From NCBI GenBank assembly GCA_000091205.1, contig AP006485.2: a DNA stretch of 64,000 bases; one strand, given 5' to 3'. The stretch is from Cyanidioschyzon merolae (lineage: Eukaryota). The notes under the pieces are model-generated. The model made no database searches, was not told where the DNA came from, and saw only the letters and a list, made by a program, of their open reading frames with translations. How positions within the stretch are numbered: position 1 is the stretch's first letter; every line of letters starts with the position of its first letter. The position numbers were made by a program, and so were the translations under genes. Shown here in pieces: positions 21,701 through 32,538 of the stretch.

Positions 21701-23448
21701 ATCTCTTCGTGATCAAACTCGTTTGCTCTGTATGCATCCGACGCCATTGTTTGCCGAGCCTCAGTCGCATCTTCCGCTAGCCAAGTGTCGTCGGCATTCT
21801 CCGAGTGCTGCGCAAGCTCTATCGCATCCCAACTGTCTATCGTTTGCATGGTAGCTTGCGCAACAGCAGCAGGATGCGCTCGATGGTGCGATGCTTGGAC
21901 CTGATCCCAGCCCCGATCCGCGTCATGAGGATGCAGCGTCACAGTAAGGGTGCTCTGCTGCTCTCGCGGATGCGGCAAGGAGTCTGAAGCGTCCAGCGGT
22001 GCTCGGTTACTCGCAACGGATTCGGCATCCAGTTCGTTGCGTGACAAAGTCCCGGAATATTCGTGCCCCCCTTGCCGAGGACTCGCTCGCGACTCACGAT
22101 CACGCATCGAATCCATACAGGGGCTCGTTTGTGCCGCTGACTGCACCTGTATAGTACTGCGATCACTTTGCACGCGAGGCAAATCCGGCGAATTCCAAGC
22201 ATCCTTATGTACAAGCGGCATGCTGTACGTACCCGTGCTTTTCTCTGCTGAGCTTCGAGATTCTTGTTCCGCTAGGGCTCGTTGCGGTGGAGACTTCATC
22301 GTCATCGAGGCTTGTGCGCATGCGGCATCGCATTCGTCTCCAATGGACAAGCCTGAATGATGCAAGGGTCCGCACGCGGTCTCGTGGGATGCCATGTGCC
22401 TCAACTGCGGTGATGAGGCACGCTTTTCGGGTCCCGTTAGGTAGCTTGATGAACGTGAGACATTCTGGATCTCGGATCGCGTGCGGCCTGGTTCAGCCTG
22501 GATCGACTCGCTTGCTTGTATTGTGTGAACCGGATTTTCAAGACTATCCGGAGCTCTCGGATACCTCGTCGGGTCTTGCAAGAGATCTCCGTCTCGAGGC
22601 GGATTCAAAACTCGTGTAGCAGGTGGATCCACCGGCCCGCCACTTGCTGCATCGTCCTCTCTGCGCTGCACGTTAGAGTCCTCGGGAGAACGCTCACCTC
22701 TTGTTCCCGATTCGCATTGCAGACGCTCCATGACCGTATGAATCCTTTCAACTACATGAGAGGATGGAGTTAGCGGTCTATCTGTATGCTGCTGCGCTCT
22801 CGCGAGTTGTCCAGCGGCCAGTGCGTTGCGCCCCATAGTTGTATTGTCTTCCGTCGCCGAAGTGGAAAGCGCTTCTACGTGAAAACCCTGCTCTATCCTT
22901 GTTGAAAGATTCTGCGACTCTTCACCAGACCATGATGGACTCATATACGGAGTAGAAGCTGATGCGGTACGGCTGTTAGCTTTGGAACGGAGCCTCCGTT
23001 CGTGCTCCTCTATGAGCCGCTGAGCCTCTGCACGCCTTTGGCGTATTCGCTCGAGAATGGCGGCTCCTCGAGCTGCCAGCGTCTCGCTCGACTCCACAGG
23101 CAAGCGCCCAACTTGGCTCTCTGTCAGCGTACTACTACTACTACTGGAAGCGAAACGCTCCAATGAGGCAGCTCGTCGAGCCGCTGCAATCTGCTCAGCA
23201 CGCCGCATAATAGCGACCGCGTGCGACTCGCGCTCTGTCCGCGCTTCTGGAGCTTCCCTGCCTGAGCTTCGGTGCCCCAGCTCCGAGTCAACGCCCATAG
23301 TTGCCGATGTCGCTACCGTCAGTACCGCTGATGCTCTTTCCTCAACAACAGGGCCACGATCAGTGGTTCTGTCCTGCGCAGGAGCAGGAGCACGCAGCCG
23401 CTGGGCCCCCAGACGAGAGCCTCGAGATTGCCGCGACGTCGTCGTCAT
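16489..23448 (-). CDS. SEC16: Sec16-like ER-exit-site scaffold protein (2319 aa, largely low-complexity)
   Basis: A single ORF with ATG at 23448. The central motif IERALLFGQYRTAIRLAQQANDWTLALLVS matches the Sec16 central conserved domain pattern (LL.G....A...A.....W..ALLl.S). The C-terminal ...ARKQANLGLENKFYYDDKLGRWV...APPPSD matches the Sec16 C-terminal motif (plant ...LGEKNKFYYDEKLKRWVEEG). It also has polyQ, polyD/E and S/A/P-rich tracts. Confidence 0.6.
18678..18716. repeat. (GCT)13 microsatellite, read as (CAG)13 on the coding strand, encoding part of a Q14 run in the Sec16-like protein
   Basis: An uninterrupted gct x13 run is visible at 18678-18716. The protein reads WRQQQQQQQQQQQQQQSG. 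Confidence 0.95.
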
Positions 23449-23647
23449 TCGTTTCTACAGTTGTGTTTCGAGCCCTCTCTGTTCACAACACCAAAATCAG
23501 TGGCCCTGGCACCGGAACACCGCGCAGTACCGAAGCGTTTCAGAATGTTATCGCCAAAGTCGTCGGTTCGCCTTGGCACGCGAATTCCCATGAACGCGCC
23601 GTCCAGCTTTTCAGCATAAACACACGTGACATGTTTGCGTCTCGATG

Positions 23648-24253
23648 GGGATACACGCTGAGTTTCGCACTCCGGTATACCTAAAATAAGATTGCCTTTT
23701 TGTAGTGGTTTGCTTTTCTTACAGGGTTACACGCTGAGTTTCGCACTCCGGTATACCTGCAATAAGATTGCCTTTTTGTAGTGGTTTGCTTTCCTTACAG
23801 GGATACACGCTGAGTTTCGCACTCCGGTATACCTGCAATAAGATTGCCTTTTTGTAGTGGTTTGCTTTCCTTACAGGGATACACGCTGAGTTTCGCACTC
23901 CGGTATACCTGCAATAAGATTGCCTTTTTGTAGTGGTTTGCTTTCCTTACAGGGATACACGCTGAGTTTCGCACTCCGGTATACCTACAATAAGATTGCC
24001 TTTTTGTAGTGGTTTGCTTTCCTTACAGGGATACACGCTGAGTTTCGCACTCCGGTATACCTGGAATAAGATTGCCTTTTTGTAGTGGTTTGCTTTCCTT
24101 ACAGGGATACACGCTGAGTTTCGCACTCCGGTATACCTGCCATAAGATTGCCTTTTTGTAATGGTTTGCTTTCCTTACAGGGATACACGCTGAGTTTCGC
24201 ACTCCGGTATACCTGGAATAAGATTGCCTTTTTGTACTGGTTTGCTTTCCTTA
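23648..24253. repeat. Tandem array, 8 copies of a 76-bp unit
   Basis: The unit gggatacacgctgagtttcgcactccggtatacctgcaataagattgcctttttgtagtggtttgctttccttaca starts at 23648, 23724, 23800, 23876, 23952, 24028, 24104 and 24180. The array begins 200 bp upstream of the Sec16-like ATG (23448, minus strand). Confidence 0.95.
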
Positions 24254-24963
24254 AAGTTGTTCAATGAAAATAGCGTATGATATGCATTCGGGAAAGGTCG
24301 GGAAAAGCGTTTTGTGACGGCAATGGTCGTGTGCGGAAAACGGTCGTACATAGGCAAGTCAGTTCCTACTTCTCCAGAAGGTGCATGAACCGCACTTGTC
24401 GATGTGCATCCATGATAGAACTTGTCGAAATCTATCAACACGAATACTCTTTTGATCACTCCAATTTAGTCCAAACGTTCCCCCAGAAATACGAGGAAAG
24501 AAGCTCCAGGATGTCAAGTGTTCATGCGGTTTAAAAGGTCGGTGCTGAAGCGACTCGGATGGACGGAACAAGAGATCGCTTTCCTTCCACCGTTGAATAT
24601 ACACAATCGATTTCGTAGTGAAACGCGAATACTTTTGACAGAAAGCACAGGTAATCGTCTGATTTGATGATTCTTAATTCGACATGAATTTAGAGACCTG
24701 TACATGGCTGCTCAAAGCGGCGTTAACCATATTTCAAAGGCAAGCAACGAGTGATCATGGTGACAACATGACCCTAAATGGTAATGCAGCCGCGCGGTCC
24801 ATGAAGTATCACGAAAAAAAGCACAGGATGATTTACCATCTTATCATTCGTCGAAGCGCACTTTGAGTCTTGTCCTTGTCATGTGTTATGCTCCTGCTCT
24901 TACAGAGCGCCACTTTTTATCTTACAGAAATGGTCGAGGAGTCCTCCTCTAGGATTGGCGTTT

Positions 24964-25646
24964 TCTACGCTCCCTTCGTGCGAAACGGTGACGCACACCC
25001 TACTGGAATCGATCGCTCGGATGACTCCAGTTCTAGTACCGAATCCTTTCCCAAGCAAACAGAAGAGGCGGGAGCCCCGCAAGCAGCGCACCACATCATA
25101 CGGTACCCTGCTGCTCTGGAATGCCGTCTCGCCGATGAGCGCGAAGAGACAAGCATTTGTCTTTCGAATGCAATGGACCATTCGAAGCGACAAGTGACGT
25201 GAGCAATGGTCATGAGTTTGTGAACGAGTCGTCCATGGACGACGTCAAGGTTCTGGTATTGCTGGATAATCTAGGGACACAAATCGCTTCGCCCCTAGGG
25301 TGCCGTGAGAGAGCAACACTGAAGCGTTGAAGAGTGCACGATTAACGCGTGCTTCACGTACGGAGCTTTAAAGCGTGGGAGCTTGAACCAGTGACTCGGA
25401 TCATTATATCGAATATTCTACGAATCTTTATTCGATTGCGTCGTGAATCCCCCCGATCCCTGTAACGTAACAAATTCCAGCGGTACAGCGTCAAAGGAGG
25501 CATTCCGCGAAAAAATGGCGACCGATCGACAGCAAACTACTCATGAATCTACACGCTCCTGCCTGCTGCATTTCGCATGTCGAGACTGCGGAACTGCAAG
25601 TTCGGATAAATGGAAAAACAGGAACATAGAAAGCAGTAAAGCACTG
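24964..25646 (+). repeat. Dispersed repeat family A, copy A2 (5'-truncated, 683 bp)
   Basis: Colinear with A1 positions 10931..11613. Both boundaries are sharp. It lies about 150 bp from the stop codon of the trefoil-repeat gene. Confidence 0.8.
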
Positions 25647-25792
25647 TATGTGAATCTCACCCGTCTCTTTATCACAAGCTCTCAGAATCGGACTCGGTGA
25701 CGTGTCGTGCGGTCCTGTCAGTGACAATCCTGTACCGTCGCTGTCGTCCTCGTCGAGCGACTCCGGTTACGCACCAGGCTTCCTCTGTTCAT

Positions 25793-26998
25793 CTACGCAC
25801 ATATTCCATCGGTAAAGGTCGTTCCTTCAGGGCAGATGCACGTGTCTGTGCCACAAGTCGCCTCAGGCGGGCAGCACAGCAGGCGCTCGAAGCCGTACCA
25901 GAGCGGGGTCGAGAGCTTGCCGCAGTTCTGGTAGCCAGCACGGCAGGCGCAGTTCGTGTTGCTCGGAAGCGTCGTTGGTAGCGGCGTCGCTTCCCAGCTC
26001 TGCCACTGCTTGTTCTTGTTCTGTTGTACCTGCAGCTGAGCCTGGCGGATTGACAACACGCACGTCTGGGTCGGATCACAGCACTCCTGGCCACAGACAG
26101 TCTGGTTGGCGCTCGGGCAGGAGAGCATCGGCTGCTTGTAGTAGCACCATGGGATCTGGCTCAGGGCCTGTGAATCGGCACCCTGGTACGGGTAGATTGG
26201 CTCGAAGCAGCAGCCGCGTTGGAAGCACTCGTGCGACGAGATGCCCGGGAAGCCACAGTTCTGCCGCTCATTCGCATCCACGTAGCACGTTCCGAGCGGC
26301 TCGTAGCATATACCGTTCTGGTTATTCTGATGCTGCTGTTGCAGTTGCGAGGACCAATAGTAATTGGAGTCGAAGCAGCAACCATGGGCAACGCATTCCG
26401 ATTCAGTGACTTGCTGCCTGTTGCCCAGAGCTGCGCAGGGCAGTTGAATGGTGACGTTACAGTTCGGTTGCGGGTACTGCGGCTGATAGACGGGCTCCTG
26501 TCCGGGTTTGTAATAGCAGAAGGGCGCGTACTCGCCGGCTTGCGGCGGCAACCAGCAGCAGCCGTACGATGTACACTCTTGTGGGGTTATTCCAGGCCAA
26601 CCGCAAGCACTGCGGTTCTGAGGCGCCACATCGCAGCTCGGAGCTGGCGTCGGCAACAAGCAGGTGTAGCCGTTCCAGCAGCAACCATACTGAAGACACT
26701 GATCCTGGTTGAGGTTCACACCGCAGATTTCCACCGTATCACACTGCTGTTGCTGGTTGTTCTGGTTCTGGTACTGCTGCTGTTGTGTGAAGATTTGCTG
26801 CTGCTGCTGCTGTTGCTGCGGCTGCTGCTGAATGATGACTTGCTGCTGTTGCTGCGGCTGCAGTTGTTCACCATAGGTGCGCGCCAGCGTCGGCAAGGCC
26901 ACTACCGTCGTGACGGTTCCGCTACCAGCAAACAGGGCTGCCACCGCTGCTGCGAGTAACGTTACCAACAGAATAAATGAGAGGCGGCTGCGTTGCAT
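25793..26998 (-). CDS. Secreted Gln-rich protein with four P-type (trefoil)-like Cys repeats
   Basis: The track start at 27007 is TTG; the first ATG at 26998 gives MQRSRLSFILLVTLLAAAVAALFA (signal peptide). Repeats: CGVNLNQDQCLQYGCCW, CGWPGITPQECTSYGCCW...FCYYK, CAALGNRQQVTESECVAHGCCFD, and CGFPGISSHECFQRGCCFE...WCYYK. All fit the trefoil pattern C..pgIt...C...gCC(f/w)...(w/f)C(y/f). Confidence 0.6.
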   Translation of the reverse strand: MQRSRLSFILLVTLLAAAVAALFAGSGTVTTVVALPTLARTYGEQLQPQQQQQVIIQQQPQQQQQQQQIFTQQQQYQNQNNQQQQCDTVEICGVNLNQDQCLQYGCCWNGYTCLLPTPAPSCDVAPQNRSACGWPGITPQECTSYGCCWLPPQAGEYAPFCYYKPGQEPVYQPQYPQPNCNVTIQLPCAALGNRQQVTESECVAHGCCFDSNYYWSSQLQQQHQNNQNGICYEPLGTCYVDANERQNCGFPGISSHECFQRGCCFEPIYPYQGADSQALSQIPWCYYKQPMLSCPSANQTVCGQECCDPTQTCVLSIRQAQLQVQQNKNKQWQSWEATPLPTTLPSNTNCACRAGYQNCGKLSTPLWYGFERLLCCPPEATCGTDTCICPEGTTFTDGICA

Positions 26999-28326
26999 CT
27001 TTCGCAATTGAAAATAAATACCAACGCTCGTGAAAACTCAGAAAATTATAAATTGTATCACTTTTGTGAATAATGGTTCGATGAACGCTCCCGTTTTGCT
27101 TCCTGAGCGCCAATGACACACACACACCGATGCGAACGCTTGACACGCTTATGTTCAGCAAAGGACACGGGAGTGAGATGCCTATGTCCAACGTTCGTGC
27201 TCGAAGGAAGATGCCACAACGACAAACAACAGAGTAGTGCTGTGTGCATCGGTAGCGACGCGGCGGGCCGTACACGGAGGCTGGACCCAATGGGTCTACA
27301 ACCGCCACGCCCAGGACCGAGGAGAGAGGCCCTCGCTTTAGGCCCGCGACGTAACGGAATCGCAGCAGTGTACAGGGCGCTGCAGGCATCATACGCGGCG
27401 AATCGGCGGGCCAAATTCCGTTCGCGCCGTCGCTGGCGGTGCGCAAGGCTAGGATCGCCAGCGCGCTAGCCTCGCCACGTGGCGCGCTCTACTGCGGCAT
27501 CAGGTGCGCACGCATGCGCCTTGATCGGTCAGTGCGTCGTGGCGCACCGACGCCGCCGGCTGATGATGACGCTTTGATCGATCCTGCAGCGTTCCGCGTG
27601 GATGCGATCTACACACGAAAACGGGTACACGAGACAGGCACGCTGACGTGCCTCGCCCTGCGTACGGTGTGGTGACGGCTCGGCGCAGTGGCCGGCGGCA
27701 GTGCAATCGCTGCACTGCGCTATGCGAGCTTTCCGTGAAAGTCCAGTGGTTGTTGCGAACCTGGGGCGGTCCGATTGGGGCTCTGCATCCAGGTTGGCAC
27801 GACAACGTGATGGTACAATCATCTATTTTTCGAACAAAAAGCAACTTTTATATCCAGAACGGATCATCGTGTTCAGCGCATCCTCTGAAATCCGAACGCT
27901 CGCCGCCACACCATCCCGCGGACTTGGCATACGCGCACAGCACCCGGATTCCATTCACAACGCGAGGTTGTAATTGTCCATTTATATATATAAAGATGCA
28001 ATTATATCCCATATCCTCTTGAGCCTGTGACGGATTCTCGCGTGATCCGTCGCACGAGACGCCGCAACGGCCACGGGAATTCAAAACGTGAAATGTGACG
28101 CGGCAGCCGTCCAGCGGCGGCGCCAGCCGCGCGCCACCAATGGAGCCGTACAGCGCGTCCGTTCAGGCCATGTTCGCGGCTACCGGGTCGCCAGACGACG
28201 TGACGAGCGTTCAAGCTGCATCAAGACCCGAATAATTGCCCATTCGAACGCTTTCTCTTCAGTCAGGCAGGCAATCGGCGTACGCATCGTCCCGGAGGGA
28301 GTCTAAGAGGCTCCCACTACAGCAAA

Positions 28327-31077
28327 ATGCCCGAGCAGAGTCAACGTATCCGCACAGGGCCGCGCAGCGCAGCTGTACCCACTACAGGTCACGCTCGCCT
28401 AGCTGCTGTGCAGCGAGTATCAGCAGCTACGGGCGAACGACGAGAACGCTTAAAGATAGAGAAAAACGTAACTGAGCGCGAGCCGGCGCAACGTATTGCG
28501 CCTTGTGTGGAGCAGCGACGTGCACGGCACCAGCCGTGGAGCGGGATCTCGCAAACACGGCAAGAGCCTAGCCGCCCCGAGCCTGTGCGCTCCAGTGCAA
28601 GTGCTGCGGGAACGCATGCGACTGCGTCTAGCAGCGGCGTAAACACACCCACAAACTCGGCAGCAGAACGGGTACAAGTTGCGGTGCGCTGTCGCCCTTT
28701 GTCTGTCGAACTGCTGCAGACTGGCGGTGATGCGCCCGTCCAAGCTGTTCGCGTCAATGAGTTATTGCGTGAAGTTCGCGTTCTGCAGCCTACCTATCTG
28801 GCGAGTGCCCATTTGGCTCGGTCAACAAACGCATCAGCGTTGACGGCAGCGGCGCCTGGTGTGCCGCTGCCCGTCTCTGAGGCCGACTTTGATCAGGTGC
28901 CTCCGTATGCGATGCGTTCCTTTACTTTTGACAAGGTTTTCCCCATGAATGCAGGGCAAGAACATGTGTACCAGAGTCTCGTGCAGCCAATCGTGAGCGA
29001 CTCGATCCTCGGCTACAACTGTACGATTTTTGCGTACGGACAAACCGGCACTGGCAAAACGTACACCATGGAGGGCGTGCTGCCAGGACACACCGCTGAG
29101 CCCGGTGCAAGCGGCTGCTCACTCCCGCCAACAGCAGGAATCATTCTTCGAGCCGCAAACCAAATATTTGCCACACTGAAGGATCGCAGCAACGATATCG
29201 AATACACCGTTCGTTGCTCACATCTGGAGCTCTACAATGAGCAGCTTAGCGACTTGCTCGCCGTCGAGGGTGCTGCTCATCCCATGCGCATCCTGCAGGA
29301 TCCCTCAAAAGGCGGTGTTTTCGTTTCCGGACTGGAGGAAATCGTCGTTCGCAACGAGCAGGAGATCATGGCGCTCTTGGAGAAGAGTTCGCAGCGCCGT
29401 CGCACTGCGGAGACAAGCCTCAACCGATACTCTTCCCGGTCACACGCCATTTTCACGATCACGATTCACGTGCGAGAAATGACGCCTGACGGTGAGGATC
29501 TTCTCCGAGTTGGCAAGTTGAATCTCGTGGACCTGGCTGGCTCCGAGAACATTGGGCGCTCGGGTGCAACGCATGAACGAGCACGGGAAGCAGGCTCTAT
29601 TAACCAGTCGCTGCTTACACTGGGTCGCGTCATTAATGCGCTTATCGAAGGTCAGGTCCACATCCCGTATCGCGACAGCAAGTTAACACGGCTACTGCAG
29701 GAGTCTCTGGGCGGCCGCAACAAGACTGCTATCGTTGCCACCATAAGCCCTGCGGCTGCAGATCTCGAGGAGACACTCAATACACTCGATTATGCTTTCA
29801 GGGCGAAGAACATTCGCAATCGACCCACTCTGAATCAAATGCTGATGAAGAAGACGCTGATTCGGGAGTATGCGGAAGAGATCGCACGTCTGCGTCTCGA
29901 GCTCGAGGCAACACGGGCCAAAAACGGCATCTTCGTGCCGCCCGAGCTCTACGCCGAAATGGACGAGGCCCGCCGAACGCACCGTGATCGAATTGCAGCG
30001 CTGGAGCAACGAATCCAGGATCAGGCCCAAGAGCGTGACGTACTCGAGCGAATGCTGGACGAGTCCCGTGACCAGCTGGCACAATCACAGGAGCGGCAGC
30101 AGGTGCTCGAGGGTGAGCTCCGAGCACGAGACGCGGCCATGCACCAGCTACAAGCGCATCTGCACAGACTGGACGCTCAACAGAAAGAAAGCCGCTTCCT
30201 CTTGCGCGAACAAAAGCGAGTGGAAGAACAGCTCGCTTCCGAAGCCCTGTGCCTCATGAACAATCTCACTCAGAGCCTGGTGGATCTCGACACGCTCTAC
30301 GCGAAACTAGAGGAGCGCGATCGCTCGCATAGGGCGTTTTACGGCCACGTGCGTGAACTGGAAACGGTATGCGCAGATACAATGCACCAAATTCGCAGCG
30401 AGATTCACCAGCTGGAGGAACGCATCGAAACCCACGATCATCTCATCCGGGATCGATTCAGTCAGTGCCTGTCATCTTCAATGACGTCGGTGCCGGTGTG
30501 CAAAGCGGACGACGCATACGAACCTGGCGCTGACAAGGAAAATATGAGCGTGTTTGCTAGCGAGCCTCATCTGCAACCATCGACGGATGCGTTACGAGAT
30601 ACGCCAAAGCGGCGCCACTGGAGCTATCCCCGAAAACTGACCCGATCAGCTCCTGAGCACGAACTGCTTGCAGCGTATCGCGGATTGGATGTACATCCCG
30701 CGCGCAGTGATGGGGCAGTAGCAACCATAGAGGCCGCGACGACGACGCTGCCCACCCCGGATGCTGGTTCAGATCAGGGCGAAGCGCCGACATTGCCCTC
30801 GGATGCCACATTCACTCACGATAGGACGCCTTGCGATCCCAGTATCGATGCAATCAAGACGTCGACAAATACAACGGCGACGACTGCATGCGAGCAGGCG
30901 CCACAGCGCGCGGAAACGCTGGACACGATACAGACGCACGATCCTAGCTCGCGGCGTCAGCATCGTCAAACTTGGCCTGGAACTGTCCCGGATGCGAGTC
31001 GTGTGCACCGTCAACCGCCAACGAGCGCCAGCGTCGTTCACCGAGATCGATGTTCAACGCCGGCCCATGTGACGTAA
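28327..31077 (+). CDS. Kinesin-5 (BimC/Eg5 family) motor protein
   Basis: ATG at 28327. Motor motifs: VAVRCRPLS, FAYGQTGTGKTYTMEG, SSRSHAIFTI, and VDLAGSENIGRSGA. The neck region HIPYRDSKLTRLLQESLGGRNKTAIVATISPA is typical of kinesin-5. A long coiled-coil stalk follows. Confidence 0.85.
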   Translation: MPEQSQRIRTGPRSAAVPTTGHARLAAVQRVSAATGERRERLKIEKNVTEREPAQRIAPCVEQRRARHQPWSGISQTRQEPSRPEPVRSSASAAGTHATASSSGVNTPTNSAAERVQVAVRCRPLSVELLQTGGDAPVQAVRVNELLREVRVLQPTYLASAHLARSTNASALTAAAPGVPLPVSEADFDQVPPYAMRSFTFDKVFPMNAGQEHVYQSLVQPIVSDSILGYNCTIFAYGQTGTGKTYTMEGVLPGHTAEPGASGCSLPPTAGIILRAANQIFATLKDRSNDIEYTVRCSHLELYNEQLSDLLAVEGAAHPMRILQDPSKGGVFVSGLEEIVVRNEQEIMALLEKSSQRRRTAETSLNRYSSRSHAIFTITIHVREMTPDGEDLLRVGKLNLVDLAGSENIGRSGATHERAREAGSINQSLLTLGRVINALIEGQVHIPYRDSKLTRLLQESLGGRNKTAIVATISPAAADLEETLNTLDYAFRAKNIRNRPTLNQMLMKKTLIREYAEEIARLRLELEATRAKNGIFVPPELYAEMDEARRTHRDRIAALEQRIQDQAQERDVLERMLDESRDQLAQSQERQQVLEGELRARDAAMHQLQAHLHRLDAQQKESRFLLREQKRVEEQLASEALCLMNNLTQSLVDLDTLYAKLEERDRSHRAFYGHVRELETVCADTMHQIRSEIHQLEERIETHDHLIRDRFSQCLSSSMTSVPVCKADDAYEPGADKENMSVFASEPHLQPSTDALRDTPKRRHWSYPRKLTRSAPEHELLAAYRGLDVHPARSDGAVATIEAATTTLPTPDAGSDQGEAPTLPSDATFTHDRTPCDPSIDAIKTSTNTTATTACEQAPQRAETLDTIQTHDPSSRRQHRQTWPGTVPDASRVHRQPPTSASVVHRDRCSTPAHVT

Positions 31078-31431
31078 TCCCGGGCACGTCTCGGCAACGA
31101 AGGCGACGGCAACGCATCGGTAATCAGCAGCACGGCGACGAGCGGTCGCTCGCTGCGACGCAGTGCCAATGCCGCTCAGCATCGCGACGCCACAGCTCCC
31201 ACAGCGATGTATCGTTGGCGACAGACGCCATGAGGCTGCGGTCGCTTGCTCGACCAAGGCAGTCGCAATGCCGGGTCCCGGCACGCAAGGCCAGGGCACC
31301 GTCCTGGCAATCCTGCGGACACCAGCTCGCTTTCTCTGACGTGCGCGTGCGTCGTGTGCGCTCGCGCAGGCATCGCTGGACCCGCCCGGGAAGCCTTGAC
31401 ACTCCCTGGAAACCCCCAGATGCCGACTTCA

Positions 31432-32538
31432 CTACGCAGCGTTGGTATCCAGACGTCCATCCGCAGATGCTGCTGACCAGATCTTGACGGAGCGATCGCG
31501 TTCGAGGGCGCCACTCGCGATGACGTGATCTGTCGGATGTGCGTCCACTGCCAGCACAACATCGGTGTGCGCCTCAAGGCGCTGGACCATCTTCCGTGTG
31601 TGCAGATTCCACAGGTACACAAACCCGTCTTCGCTACCACTCAGCACATACTTGTGCTCGGGGTGTGTCACCACAAACGTGCTGAATACACAGTAGCGAG
31701 CATTGCAATGTCCCCGCAAAGTCTTGAGCACCCGCCCTTGGCCATCGCGGTAGCTCCATAAACGTATCGTGCTATCTAGGGTATTCGCCAGGATGTAGCC
31801 CCCGTTGGGGGTGAATTTCACAAAGCTCACAGGCAAGCTTTCCTCTCCAACGATCGTATATAAACAACGGCCATCAGGCACGTCCCATATCCTACAAAGC
31901 CCATCATACGACGAAGATACCAACAGGGTTCCGTCGCGATTGAAATGCACCGCACTCACCGGTTCCGAGTGCGCCGGCAGCGTCCGTAGACATCGACGCA
32001 TTCGCACGTCCCAAAAACAAATGGTTTCATCGAACGATCCCGAGGCCAAAACATTACCCTGGGGATTAAAGTTGCAGCAGAAGACATAATTGGAGTGTCC
32101 TTCGAAACGGTGCACGGCGACGCCCCGCTCCACATCCCAGAGCCGCAGCGTGCGATCATCGGACGCGGAGGCGAGCCAGCGCGACAGGCTCGCCGAACGA
32201 CTCGCCCCGCTGCCAGCTGCTGCTGCTGCGGACGCTGCACCAGCCCAGGCTACGTCGCTGATGCCTTGCGCGTGTCCCTCGAGAACGCCCACTAGTCTGC
32301 CATCTGCGACTGACCATAGCCGAACCGTCTTGTCTGCAGAAGAAGACGCCAACAGACGACCGTCAGGAGAGAACTTCACAGAGGAGATGGCCTTTCGGTG
32401 ACCCTCGAGCGTGTACTGCAACACGAACTGCAAGTCAGGCGAGGTCTCCTGCTCTTTGCGAGCGCTTCCAGCAAACTCGTGCACAGGCGCACAGGTGCCC
32501 TCACAGCACTCTGGTCCTCGCTCTACGCCGCTGGACAT
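31432..32538 (-). CDS. WDR5: WDR5/Swd3-type WD40 repeat protein
   Basis: The track start at 32559 is GTG; the first ATG is at 32538. The sequence is colinear with WDR5 almost throughout: YTLEGHRKAISSVKFSPDGRLLASSSADKTVRLW, GHSNYVFCCNFNPQGNVLASGSFDETICFWDV, LPAHSEPVSAVHFNRDGTLLVSSSYDGLCRIWD, VSFVKFTPNGGYILANTLDSTIRLW. Confidence 0.9.
   Translation of the reverse strand: MSSGVERGPECCEGTCAPVHEFAGSARKEQETSPDLQFVLQYTLEGHRKAISSVKFSPDGRLLASSSADKTVRLWSVADGRLVGVLEGHAQGISDVAWAGAASAAAAAGSGASRSASLSRWLASASDDRTLRLWDVERGVAVHRFEGHSNYVFCCNFNPQGNVLASGSFDETICFWDVRMRRCLRTLPAHSEPVSAVHFNRDGTLLVSSSYDGLCRIWDVPDGRCLYTIVGEESLPVSFVKFTPNGGYILANTLDSTIRLWSYRDGQGRVLKTLRGHCNARYCVFSTFVVTHPEHKYVLSGSEDGFVYLWNLHTRKMVQRLEAHTDVVLAVDAHPTDHVIASGALERDRSVKIWSAASADGRLDTNAA

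Noticed and set aside
16956-22773. Numerous 60-220-aa ORFs on both strands inside the Sec16-like gene (for example 16956..17621, 17646..18107, 20325..20705).
   Set aside because: They are alternative or antisense frames of a long GC-rich, low-complexity CDS. Their compositions are Arg/Pro/Ser/Ala-rich, which is typical of out-of-frame translation. None has any motif.
23648-24253. I asked whether the 76-bp tandem array could be a CRISPR-like array, or a string of tRNA-like units. The unit length equals a tRNA with CCA, and the hypervariable trinucleotide resembles an anticodon after a T.
   Set aside because: The units are directly abutting with no unique spacers. No acceptor, anticodon or T stems can be drawn: the sequences flanking the variable triplet (tatac / aagat) are not complementary, and the unit ends do not pair.
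26219-26959. A 246-aa plus-strand ORF antisense to the trefoil-repeat gene.
   Set aside because: Its Leu-rich runs are simply the complement of the CAG/CAA Gln codons. The minus strand has a signal peptide and repeated Cys modules.
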